From the IMG/VR virus record IMGVR_UViG_3300024999_000005: a stretch of DNA of 64,000 nt; one strand, written 5' to 3'. This stretch comes from an uncultured virus (IMG/VR IMGVR_UViG_3300024999_000005) (lineage: Duplodnaviria; Heunggongvirae; Uroviricota; Caudoviricetes). A program made the translations under genes and the position numbers. Below are positions 52,700 through 62,616 of this stretch, one piece after another; the stretch's first letter is position 1; each line of letters opens with the position of its first letter. The notes beneath the pieces are model-generated. The model saw only the letters and a list, made by a program, of their open reading frames with translations, was not told the DNA's origin and ran no database searches.

Positions 52700-55231
52700 T
52701 CACGCCCCTATCACTTCTTCCACTCTGACCTTGACTACAGACGATGGAGCAGTAACAGTCTGCGCCAACACAACACGCATATAAAAAGTAGCACTTGCAC
52801 CGTCCACAAGCTCTTCCTCAATCAACAAATCATTTTCCGCTACAAACGGAGTTGCTGTCCTGCTGAATTGATAGGTCTGTCCCTCATTGACTGTATCAGT
52901 CCAAATGCGTACACCTGCCAGCGTCTTTCCGGTCATGTTCTTGGCCATAAGCTCCAGAACGCTTGACATACCACCGGCTTTAACAATGCCTAGGTCAGGA
53001 CGATTCAATACATTCCTCATGTCATCTGACATATACAGACCGTTATTTAAAAGCATTATATTTTGATAGGTAGGCGTAAACGGCATTGCCCATGATCCGG
53101 CACTACCCAAAGAGTCCTCAAATTCAATTAGCAGTGTATTTTGCTCATCAATAATAACGTCTGAGGCATTAAATCTGTAGCTAATGTCAATAGGAGTCGG
53201 CAAAAAGTCGGTAAAGTCACTCTCAGGATATACCTGCACACCATTTACTTTGAGCTTGTACCGCGTCGTGTCTGACTCCGGGTCAGTTATATTAGCCGTT
53301 AATGTCATATGACTGGTAGACGCTGTAACGCTCGGACGCGTGTTATTTTTCGTCACAAAGCCCTGCCACGAAGCAGTTTTTCCAGCAGTATTCTTGACTT
53401 CAAGCGTTATTGTGCTTACAGTAGCGACAGTAAATAGATTGTTTGCCAATGCCTTGTCTATGTTTACAGGAGAAGTAACCTGCTCCCAAGGGTATATCTC
53501 CACCCCGTCTTTCAGGACGCGGTAAAGCATTTCTCCCTTGTCGGTTGTTAATGTAGCGGTAAGCTCTGAGTCCCCGATGTGTATATTAGATACCACTGCC
53601 GGATTTGTAATCACAGCGTCAGGAATAACAGGGTCAACTATCTGTGCAGTAACCGCCCCGATTTCATCAGTAGTAGTGATTTTAATCCGATCTCCGACAT
53701 AAAAGTCAATGGATGATAGGTCAATAAAAATATCTGTATCTAGTTCTGCTATTCTCTCTCCGATAATAGTGCTCAAAACTACTCCATCGCTATCTAAGCG
53801 CTCTATCTTGTACGATACACTGTCGGCGTCAGCGTCTAATATTCTGACAACTAAACTTGTGATCGTATTCGATATTGCACTTATGGTTGGCGCTATATTG
53901 GTTTTAGTTACAGTGGTTGATGCTGAGACTGCTTCAGACATCGCGTTCATTACTGTTACTTGAACCGTGTTAGTCCCAACAATAAACAAGGAGTTATCTA
54001 ATGTTAAATTAACACTAATTGGAGAAGATGCTAATATCCCATAAGGGATCACAACCACGCCGTTTACAGAAACCTGATATTTGACTTGAGTTTCTGCTGT
54101 ACATGTGCAGGTTAGTGCAATATTAGAATTGTGCACTAATGACGGAGTAGTCATTAAGTTATTAACAGATATCGTTGATTCAACCAAAAGTACAGGTCTA
54201 AATCCTGCTACATTAGACGCAGTGCTAGGATTTTGAGTTGTGTAAAAAGAAACGTCATTAGTTCCGTAGACAGTACCAGAGTAGCTGTACTCTCCTCTGG
54301 TAACCTTGTTGGTGTTTGTCGTAGTATTAACTGTCCATGTTGCTGCTAAAGAACCACGCCAATTCCACACATTTGTATCGCCGGGAGTAATAAGTCCCCC
54401 AAGTGACGAGCCAGCGACTATATTATCCCATTCATTATCCTTATCGGTACTGCTAGATCCGCCTGTCGGTAATTGTAGAGTACATTTCACCCCGGGACTA
54501 TCTAGTATCGAAATGCCCGTAGTTATGCCAGCAGCATCTAGGGTGGAGTAGGATATGCTATGCTGAATATTTCTATCTGCTATAAATAATTTACGCCCTT
54601 CAGAATCATATCCACAAAATATCAGGAGAAATGAACCATCTGGCGTGGCAGTCCCAGAAGGTAATATGGCTGGCTTAGTGCAATTACCAACTTCGAATAT
54701 TGCCCCAAATGCACCACTCAAAGCAGCATACCTAGCTTTTAAATAATCTCCAATAACACTCACATCTGCAAAAGCAGTTCTCATATTTGCTAATGCAGGA
54801 TGAAATATCTCGCAACCACTATCTATGTCGACGCAGTCAAAACCCATATAATTCGCAACATTCAGAGTTATTAGTACAGTATGTTTTGTATTGGGAAGTC
54901 CAGTTTTTTCAAAGAACACAGTCTGAGGGGGACCCAGATTAGCTAAAGATACTGTTTGACTTACTCCGTCAATTGATACCGATACATCATAAGCCCTGTA
55001 CTGATCTCCCACATCAAGTAATCTTATTCTAGTTCCAGTAAATAGGAACGATATTCTAGCTCCTATAACCGCTGAGTATCTATCTTCACCATTATAATAT
55101 TGTGCATTAGCGTCTGATTTCCATTGATTTACTGCCGCAGAAGAGGGAGCAATAAAAACCACCCTAGGATCTGACCCGTCAAATCTAACCCACCCAGCTT
55201 CGGGAGCTAATAATTGTTGCCCAACTGACAT
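52700..55231 (-). CDS. Large tail/receptor-binding protein (lectin-like and Ig-like domains)
   Basis: ADRNIQ..NEWD..GFRPVL segment, then beta-rich repeats. Confidence 0.65.
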   Translation of the reverse strand: MSVGQQLLAPEAGWVRFDGSDPRVVFIAPSSAAVNQWKSDANAQYYNGEDRYSAVIGARISFLFTGTRIRLLDVGDQYRAYDVSVSIDGVSQTVSLANLGPPQTVFFEKTGLPNTKHTVLITLNVANYMGFDCVDIDSGCEIFHPALANMRTAFADVSVIGDYLKARYAALSGAFGAIFEVGNCTKPAILPSGTATPDGSFLLIFCGYDSEGRKLFIADRNIQHSISYSTLDAAGITTGISILDSPGVKCTLQLPTGGSSSTDKDNEWDNIVAGSSLGGLITPGDTNVWNWRGSLAATWTVNTTTNTNKVTRGEYSYSGTVYGTNDVSFYTTQNPSTASNVAGFRPVLLVESTISVNNLMTTPSLVHNSNIALTCTCTAETQVKYQVSVNGVVVIPYGILASSPISVNLTLDNSLFIVGTNTVQVTVMNAMSEAVSASTTVTKTNIAPTISAISNTITSLVVRILDADADSVSYKIERLDSDGVVLSTIIGERIAELDTDIFIDLSSIDFYVGDRIKITTTDEIGAVTAQIVDPVIPDAVITNPAVVSNIHIGDSELTATLTTDKGEMLYRVLKDGVEIYPWEQVTSPVNIDKALANNLFTVATVSTITLEVKNTAGKTASWQGFVTKNNTRPSVTASTSHMTLTANITDPESDTTRYKLKVNGVQVYPESDFTDFLPTPIDISYRFNASDVIIDEQNTLLIEFEDSLGSAGSWAMPFTPTYQNIMLLNNGLYMSDDMRNVLNRPDLGIVKAGGMSSVLELMAKNMTGKTLAGVRIWTDTVNEGQTYQFSRTATPFVAENDLLIEEELVDGASATFYMRVVLAQTVTAPSSVVKVRVEEVIGA

Positions 55232-55235
55232 ATTC

Positions 55236-55691
55236 TCACCTCTTTAATTCCCATTTCATGCAATTGACCCGCACCTGACTTAATGTCACGCCATTTCGAG
55301 CAACAAAAAAACTGCTCTCGTCGGCAGTTTCAGCTTTTAAATAAGCGGGATTCCCTGTTGTCGGAACACACAACAGCACTTTGGCATCATTGCAGCTAAA
55401 TCCAATATTGTGCTGAATAATCCTACTGCCCGCACCTAAAGCAAAAGCAGAGTGCTTATACTGCAGTATCTCACCAGGCGTAAACCTATGTCCGTCACGT
55501 CCCACCTCAAACCTCTGTCCTTGCACCCAAAATGTCCCGGCCATATCAAAATAGTTTCTAAAGCCGTTACCTTCCAAACCAAAAGAAATTAGCTTTGATC
55601 TATCGACTAGGCTAAAACTTACCCCTTCACGCTCAGATAACTGCTTCCCATCAGCGTATTGAGCCAACCAAAACAATCTTTGCCTAGACAT
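55236..55691 (-). CDS. Hypothetical tail-region protein
   Basis: W.A.Y.DG..L.E motif. Confidence 0.55.
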   Translation of the reverse strand: MSRQRLFWLAQYADGKQLSEREGVSFSLVDRSKLISFGLEGNGFRNYFDMAGTFWVQGQRFEVGRDGHRFTPGEILQYKHSAFALGAGSRIIQHNIGFSCNDAKVLLCVPTTGNPAYLKAETADESSFFVARNGVTLSQVRVNCMKWELKR

Positions 55692-56175
55692 GCGTATATA
55701 CAAAAACCGTCTGCATGACGTGATCCCCAAAGTCAATACAGTCAGCAGGAACGTCTAACCTCAGGGAAATGTCCGCATAATTTGCAGTGTCAGCAAGAGT
55801 CATGCTTGCACCAGCAGGCTTTGCGCCACTCAATACACCAGGAGTGCCAGCAGCTCCGATTACATGATCGACACTGCCACCTACTGCAGTAAATTCAGTG
55901 TCTCCAAGTGACTGACAGCGGACATTTAGCCACTTGCCAGTAACCGGAGGCTTAACCTCGTTGAAACTCAAATCATCGTAAGTCGTTACCGTCAAGTCGT
56001 GGGCGTCCGTAACGCCGTCCGCACCGTCAAAATTATTGCAAATCAAAAGTCTCTTTTCTTCCGATTGACCACCTGCCCGCACAATACCGGGATTAAAGCC
56101 ACCGGACGCTGCAAGTGTCAGCGGTATTTCTTGCAAAGTAACCGGATCGCGTAAAGTTAAAATAGGTGCTCCCAC
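55684..56175 (-). CDS. Hypothetical tail-region protein
   Basis: GGAGGGG RBS; beta-rich. Confidence 0.6.
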   Translation of the reverse strand: MGAPILTLRDPVTLQEIPLTLAASGGFNPGIVRAGGQSEEKRLLICNNFDGADGVTDAHDLTVTTYDDLSFNEVKPPVTGKWLNVRCQSLGDTEFTAVGGSVDHVIGAAGTPGVLSGAKPAGASMTLADTANYADISLRLDVPADCIDFGDHVMQTVFVYTHV

Positions 56176-56186
56176 AGAATCCCCTC

Positions 56187-56579
56187 CTAAACTAAGATAA
56201 CTACCTCAACCGACAAACCTTCCAGGCCTGCAACTTCATCCAAGATGTTTAGTCTAAAGTAATCCCTTTCCATGATAGGGTCACCTCTTGGCGTTGCAGG
56301 GTCACTTACTTTGCTGCCGCCTTGAAGTAGAATTGGACTAATGGTTATGGACTGCCAGCCTGTATTTGCTGCAAAGTCTGTCTCAGTAGTCTTTTCTACT
56401 GACAAACTAACTAAAGTACTGCTTGGCACATGGCAACTTGCAGTAACCTGGATAATACGTCCCTTTGTCGGAAACATGATCGGAACATCGACCACACCTG
56501 CCTCAATCGGGCCAGAGACTGCAAATACAAGCACTCTTGTTTTTTGCGCTGTCGTAATCGGTGGTGGAGTAAAAAACAT
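56187..56579 (-). CDS. Hypothetical tail-region protein
   Basis: Coupled ORF; beta-rich. Confidence 0.6.
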   Translation of the reverse strand: MFFTPPPITTAQKTRVLVFAVSGPIEAGVVDVPIMFPTKGRIIQVTASCHVPSSTLVSLSVEKTTETDFAANTGWQSITISPILLQGGSKVSDPATPRGDPIMERDYFRLNILDEVAGLEGLSVEVVILV

Positions 56580-56580
56580 C

Positions 56581-57228
56581 TCAACTCACTCCTTCAGCAC
56601 GGAAAGCAACATTTGTAGTTATCGTCACAGTTGTAAAAGGTTCGAGGTTAAAATTCCAACCCTCATATGGCAGTATCTCCCGCGTATCACCAGCAGAAAG
56701 GCCATCGTCGATAGTAAATGTCAGCGATTCTTCGCCGTCATTTTTAATCATTAAACCACGCATTGTCTGGCTAAATACGTGTGTAACCGTCTCACTACCG
56801 CTAAACGGTTCTTTAAATACGCCGGCCGAAAAACCAAAACCGACTGCTTGGTAAAGATACATCTCACCCTGAGCATCGGCATTGTTTTCGTATCTAAACC
56901 GATACAATTTTTTAGTTAAAGCCACCCAACCAGTGTCTGCTTGTACGCTTGCCAATACGTCTACTTGCTTTTTCGCTTCCCAAATACCGTCTCCTGACTG
57001 TTCTTCGACAAACAGTGTGCCGCCCTGGTCAGTATACACAAAGCCCCGCACCCGGTTAACAAGCACACTTCCAAAGCGGTTTTTGGGTTTCTGCTCATAT
57101 AATCCACTAGCTAATAAAGGATCATTTGTCAGTAGAAATGGCGTGTCCGCCACATCAGCGACAATTGTCATAAAATCACTTGCCGGGGTTAATTCATTGT
57201 TAATGTTTAATGGTGAGGAAAATTTCAA
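56581..57228 (-). CDS. Hypothetical tail-region protein
   Basis: GGAGGTG RBS with TTG. Confidence 0.65.
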   Translation of the reverse strand: MKFSSPLNINNELTPASDFMTIVADVADTPFLLTNDPLLASGLYEQKPKNRFGSVLVNRVRGFVYTDQGGTLFVEEQSGDGIWEAKKQVDVLASVQADTGWVALTKKLYRFRYENNADAQGEMYLYQAVGFGFSAGVFKEPFSGSETVTHVFSQTMRGLMIKNDGEESLTFTIDDGLSAGDTREILPYEGWNFNLEPFTTVTITTNVAFRAEGVS

Positions 57229-57240
57229 GAAATCACCTCC

Positions 57241-58437
57241 TTATCTGATTTGACCGCCATCCACAGTAGCTTCAGGCGTAGTTCCAGAGGGTTGACCAAG
57301 CCTTTTTGCAATACAGCCAGTTGAATATGCGCGCAGTCCTATTACATTATTAACGCCGCTATTGCCGTCACTAAATACCTGAGAACCTTTATGTGCATCT
57401 ATCGCACTGTCACCGCAATTTGATATTGTTGTGATGTATATTCTAGCGTTTGAGTTCTCTATACTAATCCCATTAGACAAATACGGTTCCGTGGTATTTA
57501 TAGAGCAATACTCCACATTGACATCAACACTATTATCTATGTCCACTTTTCTAATTATTAAATTCGACAACACAACTTCTAAATGGCACCCCATAATATT
57601 AATAATTCCATTAATATTTACAATGTCACTAGAAAGCCTCTTGATATTAATAGTACCACTACCAGAAAAACCTTTGACATACACATTCTCGTCATAAGTA
57701 CCAGCACTTATAGTAATATTAGCGGTGACATTAATTCTCGGAGGAAGTTTGTTTATAGCTGCAGTTATTGTTTTTAGTGGACTTCCACTGCTGCTTCCGT
57801 CGTTATCGTCATTGCCAGTAGCAGCGTTTACATAATATGTTATACTATTGGTAAGAGTGTGTGCATTAGGGTTTAATAAATGCTCTCCCATGCCATGTGC
57901 TGTCGTATCTGCAATATGTGCACCTAACCCGTGGGCAGTATTGTCCTCTCTGTGTGTTCCAAGTCCATGTGCGGAAGCGTCATCAATGTGCTGCACTACC
58001 CTGCTCCCGACATTACTTAAAATGCCCCTTTTGTCCCTCTTGGACAAAGACGATAAACTCTGACCTACTACAATCTCCCACAACAACAGGCTATCTGCCG
58101 GAATATCACCAGTATCCGTGTTAATAGTTCCGTCACTCTTAATGCAAACATTATAAATAGTATTAATGACCGGATTTACTATATTACAAGCAGTGTCCAC
58201 GCTCAGCGAGGCACTTACAACCTCACTTCCCACAATCTCCACAAAGCCAGCACCGAGAACAAAACTTATTACACTTCCCGTTTCGTTATAGCTCAGCGAG
58301 TCAAGATAAAACTGATCTCGCGTTACTAACCTGTCGATAATATCAAGATTTTCATTATATGCCGCCCTGGTTACTTTATCCGTCCCAAGCGGCTTTTTAA
58401 GCCCTAATTTATCCGTTACGGTTGGAATAGCGTCCAC
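57241..58437 (-). CDS. Tail fibre/spike with His-repeat shaft and pectate-lyase-like beta-helix
   Basis: T..LGL.KP N-terminus; (H..D..AHG)x4; YYVNAATGND.NDG...PLKTI..AI; GTY.ENV. Confidence 0.8.
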   Translation of the reverse strand: MDAIPTVTDKLGLKKPLGTDKVTRAAYNENLDIIDRLVTRDQFYLDSLSYNETGSVISFVLGAGFVEIVGSEVVSASLSVDTACNIVNPVINTIYNVCIKSDGTINTDTGDIPADSLLLWEIVVGQSLSSLSKRDKRGILSNVGSRVVQHIDDASAHGLGTHREDNTAHGLGAHIADTTAHGMGEHLLNPNAHTLTNSITYYVNAATGNDDNDGSSSGSPLKTITAAINKLPPRINVTANITISAGTYDENVYVKGFSGSGTINIKRLSSDIVNINGIINIMGCHLEVVLSNLIIRKVDIDNSVDVNVEYCSINTTEPYLSNGISIENSNARIYITTISNCGDSAIDAHKGSQVFSDGNSGVNNVIGLRAYSTGCIAKRLGQPSGTTPEATVDGGQIR

Positions 58438-58440
58438 CCC

Positions 58441-59079
58441 CTAAAACCACAATATTTTGCTTTCGTACCCGTCCCAACTATCGTCATCCGTTTGATCCCA
58501 TGTCAAGTCAAGCGCGTCTTGTTCGTCCCATGTCCTGCCATCTACGTCGAAATCATTCCACACAAAACGTTCTATCTCATCCCAAGACAGATTTAAGGCA
58601 TCTAGGTCATCCCATGTAGTACCGCAGTAACGGTATCCAAGCATTAAGTGTGCTGGCTTCATAACGTCGACTGCTTTCAACATCGCCATAACATTTTGCA
58701 ATAAAGCAGTCTCGGAAGATTCAATAATCAGTTGATAAAGATATACATTGCCAGCCTCAACTACTCGCGCATTTTTGATGTATGCCCTCGCCACGTTAGT
58801 AATTTTGGCAACTGTTGGTGCACCAAAACCCCTGATTCGCGAGAGTATAATCGAACGCCGCTCCTCGTAAGTCATAGCGGAATTAGACGGAAGATTAAAT
58901 ATTGTTTCCCATTCGCTTAAGCCTACAGTGGCACTTGCAACAAGTAGTTGCTGGCGAAACTCTTCGAGGTCACTGTCTAACAGATCGAACTCTGCGCCAA
59001 GAGCAGTTATAATCGCAGAATCCCCTGAGTTAAACCACCTGCGCGGGAAAAAGTTTCTTAGTACAGTACCAAAATTCAT
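58441..59079 (-). CDS. Baseplate wedge / tail protein I-like (YmfQ/DUF2313)
   Basis: GLSEWE..F.L......ERR..I; KPAHL. Confidence 0.85.
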   Translation of the reverse strand: MNFGTVLRNFFPRRWFNSGDSAIITALGAEFDLLDSDLEEFRQQLLVASATVGLSEWETIFNLPSNSAMTYEERRSIILSRIRGFGAPTVAKITNVARAYIKNARVVEAGNVYLYQLIIESSETALLQNVMAMLKAVDVMKPAHLMLGYRYCGTTWDDLDALNLSWDEIERFVWNDFDVDGRTWDEQDALDLTWDQTDDDSWDGYESKILWF

Positions 59080-59088
59080 AGCATCACC

Positions 59089-60156
59089 CTACCCGACATT
59101 TATCGTACCAGGAACCGCCACATCTGTATTGCCTAGAGTCACATTTGCCCCAGGCGCAATAATTGCATAATCCAACACGCCGGGCACATCAATAATGGCA
59201 TTGCCAATACCCGTCAGGCGCACCACATCACCTATCGTCACGCCGCTAATATAACTATCTATTGCATCACGAACTGGTTCGATTAAATCAGCTACCAGAT
59301 AGCCAGGTTTGGCCTGCAATGTCACGCTTACATCAACAGTTATAGGGTTAGGCGCTACCACGTCCACGTCTGCACCAATCGGACGCACAGTCTCAATATA
59401 TTCGGCAACCGCTTGTAGCAAGCTCTCAGGAGGTACTCCGCTTGTGGTATTGATCAGTACATCCACAGTACCGGGCCCACGATTAAGTGGATAGCATTTA
59501 GCATCAGTCACACCAGAAACAGACAATGCCCAATACTCATAGTCCGCTTTAGTACCGCCCCTAACGGGAGTTCTTAGGAGTTCCAATACTCGCTCCCTAA
59601 AATCATCGTCACTCTCAGCGTCCGTGCCGCCCGAAGCGTGAGAGATATTACTTACCCCGTCAATTCCCGTACTGGCAGATAGGTTAATTTCACCTACCAT
59701 GACATTTCCGGCCAATCCTGCAACCGTACATTCAGCAGTAACTGGATTGGAGTACCGGGATCCAACAGGAATAATGGTTGCTTCCGTTGTAACGAAATAA
59801 ATAGGTTCGCTGCCTCCAATTGGCGTTGTTGTAACTAGAATACCTGCATTAATAGGAGTATCGATCGACACAGGACTTGCTTTCTCCAACACGCAAACTG
59901 TTACGGCTTTAGTTGCCTGCTTTCTCGTTAGTCCCCACTCTGCAGCCTTCTTATCCAAATTTTCTTCGGTTGCACCCAAAATAAAGGACTGATCAAATGA
60001 CCACTTTAGGGCAGCGTAAAACTTCTCCTGTATATCGGACATGCCCTCAATCAGAGTTCTGATAATTGAGCCTGGGTTTAGGTCAGTAATCTTGGTGGTT
60101 GCGCTGAATATCCTTTCCACTAAGGACTGCGCTATCTCAGTAAACGTCCTAGACAC
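59089..60156 (-). CDS. Baseplate J/gp47-like protein
   Basis: GGTDAESDDDFRER...GGT..DY..WA..V.GV; GPGTV. Confidence 0.93.
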   Translation of the reverse strand: MSRTFTEIAQSLVERIFSATTKITDLNPGSIIRTLIEGMSDIQEKFYAALKWSFDQSFILGATEENLDKKAAEWGLTRKQATKAVTVCVLEKASPVSIDTPINAGILVTTTPIGGSEPIYFVTTEATIIPVGSRYSNPVTAECTVAGLAGNVMVGEINLSASTGIDGVSNISHASGGTDAESDDDFRERVLELLRTPVRGGTKADYEYWALSVSGVTDAKCYPLNRGPGTVDVLINTTSGVPPESLLQAVAEYIETVRPIGADVDVVAPNPITVDVSVTLQAKPGYLVADLIEPVRDAIDSYISGVTIGDVVRLTGIGNAIIDVPGVLDYAIIAPGANVTLGNTDVAVPGTINVG

Positions 60157-60538
60157 CTTCGATCACCTCACTAAATGGGAACACTACATTAATAGGTACC
60201 TGTATCTCTATTGCCTTGAAAGTTAGATAGACTAAAATGGCTTTTGTAATTACCTCTACCTCAACTGACAGCACCCCCTCAACGCGCGGATCCTGCAACA
60301 CGCACTGCGCCACCTCGTTCTGAATATCAGATATATTGCCTGGAGTCATCGGTTTGCCCACATACTTATATATTTCACTGCCATACTCAGGGTGATGGAC
60401 TAATTCGCCTTTGTCGGCAATTAATCTGTGATACAAGGCTTGCTTTAGATTATCAATAGCGGTTACGGTCACCAAGTCTGTCCCGGAAAACAATATTTCC
60501 TCGTCAAGTGCCGCTATATCGACACCTAAAATACTCAC
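60149..60538 (-). CDS. Baseplate wedge gp25/W-like protein
   Basis: NLKQAL..RL....GEL..HPEYGS; DPRV. Confidence 0.85.
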   Translation of the reverse strand: MSILGVDIAALDEEILFSGTDLVTVTAIDNLKQALYHRLIADKGELVHHPEYGSEIYKYVGKPMTPGNISDIQNEVAQCVLQDPRVEGVLSVEVEVITKAILVYLTFKAIEIQVPINVVFPFSEVIEGV

Positions 60539-60891
60539 CAGAGCGGCCCAAGCACTATACCGCTACTAAAATCACTGTACAGCATCAGGACGATCACCTC
60601 CTGCCCTACCCAGTCATAGCTAGAAAAGTCATCCTTTTCGTGATTAAGTGCTTGGTTTTCAGCACTTGTCGTTGCTGGCGGCTCGTTATGCGTATGTGGA
60701 CTATGTTTTTTAGGTAGATAAGGCCACTTAAATACCTTAAGCCAACCAGACTCGACGCCATAAGGTTCTAGCATCACTTTTAATGCTCGGCTTGCATTGT
60801 CCTGAGAAACAACCACCCCATAACAGGAAGTTACCGTTTCCGCTTGAGTGTTCGCTATATCCTTTAGCTGTTCAATCATGCGCTGTGTCAA
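60535..60891 (-). CDS. Baseplate spike (gpV-like OB-fold)
   Basis: G.V...D.....KV.L...G.ESGWL; G.EVIV. Confidence 0.7.
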   Translation of the reverse strand: MTQRMIEQLKDIANTQAETVTSCYGVVVSQDNASRALKVMLEPYGVESGWLKVFKWPYLPKKHSPHTHNEPPATTSAENQALNHEKDDFSSYDWVGQEVIVLMLYSDFSSGIVLGPLW

Positions 60892-61985
60892 GGCGAATAC
60901 CTCCCTGCGTCCTGGATGTAGTTGTTTACAAAAGACAGTTCTGCCTCGATGCCACCGCTTAATGATGACTGAACAGTAACTTTAGTTACGTAGTAGATTT
61001 GAGACAGTCCCAATCCAACACCATGTAGGGCAATCCTTCGATCAGTACCAAACTCAGGTATCCAATCAGTCCTGAGTCGGCCAAACATCTCCTGTGCACT
61101 CAGTTCCTCCAGGATAGACCTAGCCCGCTTCTGCGCCTGTTCTCGTGTTAGTCCTGGGATAGTAAATCTCTGGGTATACTTTTCCTCAACATGTGTCCGC
61201 GATGTTGCCTTCTCCGCAATCCGTTGCTTGCCGTGCCAACTAACCACTTCAACGACAAGGTTACGCGCTGCATGCGGACCACGTTCAATCTCAAGATCAA
61301 GTATGTTTAGTCCCCATGTGTATACCAAGGGTTCGGCATTTAGGTTTGCTATGCCCGAGCGCGGGCCAAAGTAACCTATGTCGTCAATTACCCTGCAAAC
61401 AAAACCTTCTTCCTGAGACAACCAGAGCAACAAATCCCACTGGGTTGTTTCGCGCTCCATTTGCGTCTGATCTTTATTTAGGTACGTACCTATAAGGTTA
61501 TTAGTTTTCGTTACCTGCGGAGTTAAGCCATGCTGAATAAAAAACTGCTCGGCAACTTTGCTGGCAGTTAGGTTTTGGTATTTCTCAGTTGTCTTTGTGT
61601 CGATTAGTTGTCCGGTTAAATTTCGACCTATCACAGATACGACTTCCCCGTCACTACCAAAGTTCCACCGCGCAACGTCCATTTTTCCAAACATAACACG
61701 CTTTGTTGGTTCACCAGTAAAGCCCAAATAGACTTCGACAGGGATATTAGTGCCGCTCACTAACTGGCTTTGGAAGTCCGGGCCACTCGATAAAAGAGGA
61801 TCTACTTGTTTGTCGGACACGTTCCACGGCAAGGATAAATCAAAGCTATCCGCCACAGAAAAAGCGTTATTTTCTACCCGAATGCTTTCCCATTTAGGCA
61901 AATCATAACCTAACATCCTGACAGTTGCCTTTGGCTTGCCATATCCACGAAAAAAGCCAGGCTTTAGTATCTTTTTACTAAGCAT
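60888..61985 (-). CDS. Baseplate hub / late control D-like protein
   Basis: Position and ADSF.L...G.D..G.L.D...W.LL.WL..EEGF pattern. Confidence 0.8.
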   Translation of the reverse strand: MLSKKILKPGFFRGYGKPKATVRMLGYDLPKWESIRVENNAFSVADSFDLSLPWNVSDKQVDPLLSSGPDFQSQLVSGTNIPVEVYLGFTGEPTKRVMFGKMDVARWNFGSDGEVVSVIGRNLTGQLIDTKTTEKYQNLTASKVAEQFFIQHGLTPQVTKTNNLIGTYLNKDQTQMERETTQWDLLLWLSQEEGFVCRVIDDIGYFGPRSGIANLNAEPLVYTWGLNILDLEIERGPHAARNLVVEVVSWHGKQRIAEKATSRTHVEEKYTQRFTIPGLTREQAQKRARSILEELSAQEMFGRLRTDWIPEFGTDRRIALHGVGLGLSQIYYVTKVTVQSSLSGGIEAELSFVNNYIQDAGRYSP

Positions 61986-62616
61986 TTGGTATCACCATCC
62001 ATGACGTATCGTCTGTATTTTCAATGGGTATCACCAGCTCCATGCCAGGATATATCATGCTTGGATTTTTAATCTTATCCGTGTTGGCTTCGTATATTGC
62101 CTGCCATGTCACACCAAATTTATTTGCTATTTTGGATAGCGAGTCTCTGTATTGTACTACATATGTTACAGTTTGCTTTTCAGGCGGGTTAGTCTGCACC
62201 ACTGCATTTGCCGCTACAGCTAGTGCATCTAGTGATAACGTCGTCCCGATCGGAGGTTCCTGGCACACCTCCAACTTGATTGTATACGGCACGCTGTACT
62301 TGTTTTGTGGCTGATAAGTAAAACTTGCTATCACAACAGGCAGTGATATTGGTCCCCATGACAGAGTTAATTGTTTGCCCGCCCTGCGCATAGAGTCTAG
62401 CTCCGCCGCCCTGTCCATAGCGTCCTCATACAAAAATTCTCCCGGCCATTCGACAACTTCATCGAACGCTCCTAGCGCCTGAATTGACTTATAACCGCCA
62501 GGGAATTTGTGCACTGCCAGTAGTTGCTCTCCTCCAAGTGGTATCTGCTCGGGCAGTTCATGTATATCGAAGGTGATCGTCTTGGATCCGCCTTTTAGCT
62601 TCAGCTTGTAGCCCAA
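61978..62616 (-). CDS. LysM-domain tail tube initiator
   Basis: YVVQYRDSLSKIANKFGVTWQAIYEAN...IYPG. Confidence 0.9.
   Translation of the reverse strand: MGYKLKLKGGSKTITFDIHELPEQIPLGGEQLLAVHKFPGGYKSIQALGAFDEVVEWPGEFLYEDAMDRAAELDSMRRAGKQLTLSWGPISLPVVIASFTYQPQNKYSVPYTIKLEVCQEPPIGTTLSLDALAVAANAVVQTNPPEKQTVTYVVQYRDSLSKIANKFGVTWQAIYEANTDKIKNPSMIYPGMELVIPIENTDDTSWMVIPNA

Noticed and set aside
54180..54340. GFRPVL-ending lectin-like domain resembling diversity-generating retroelement targets
   Set aside because: No reverse transcriptase and no template-repeat copy seen in this window; one could exist outside it
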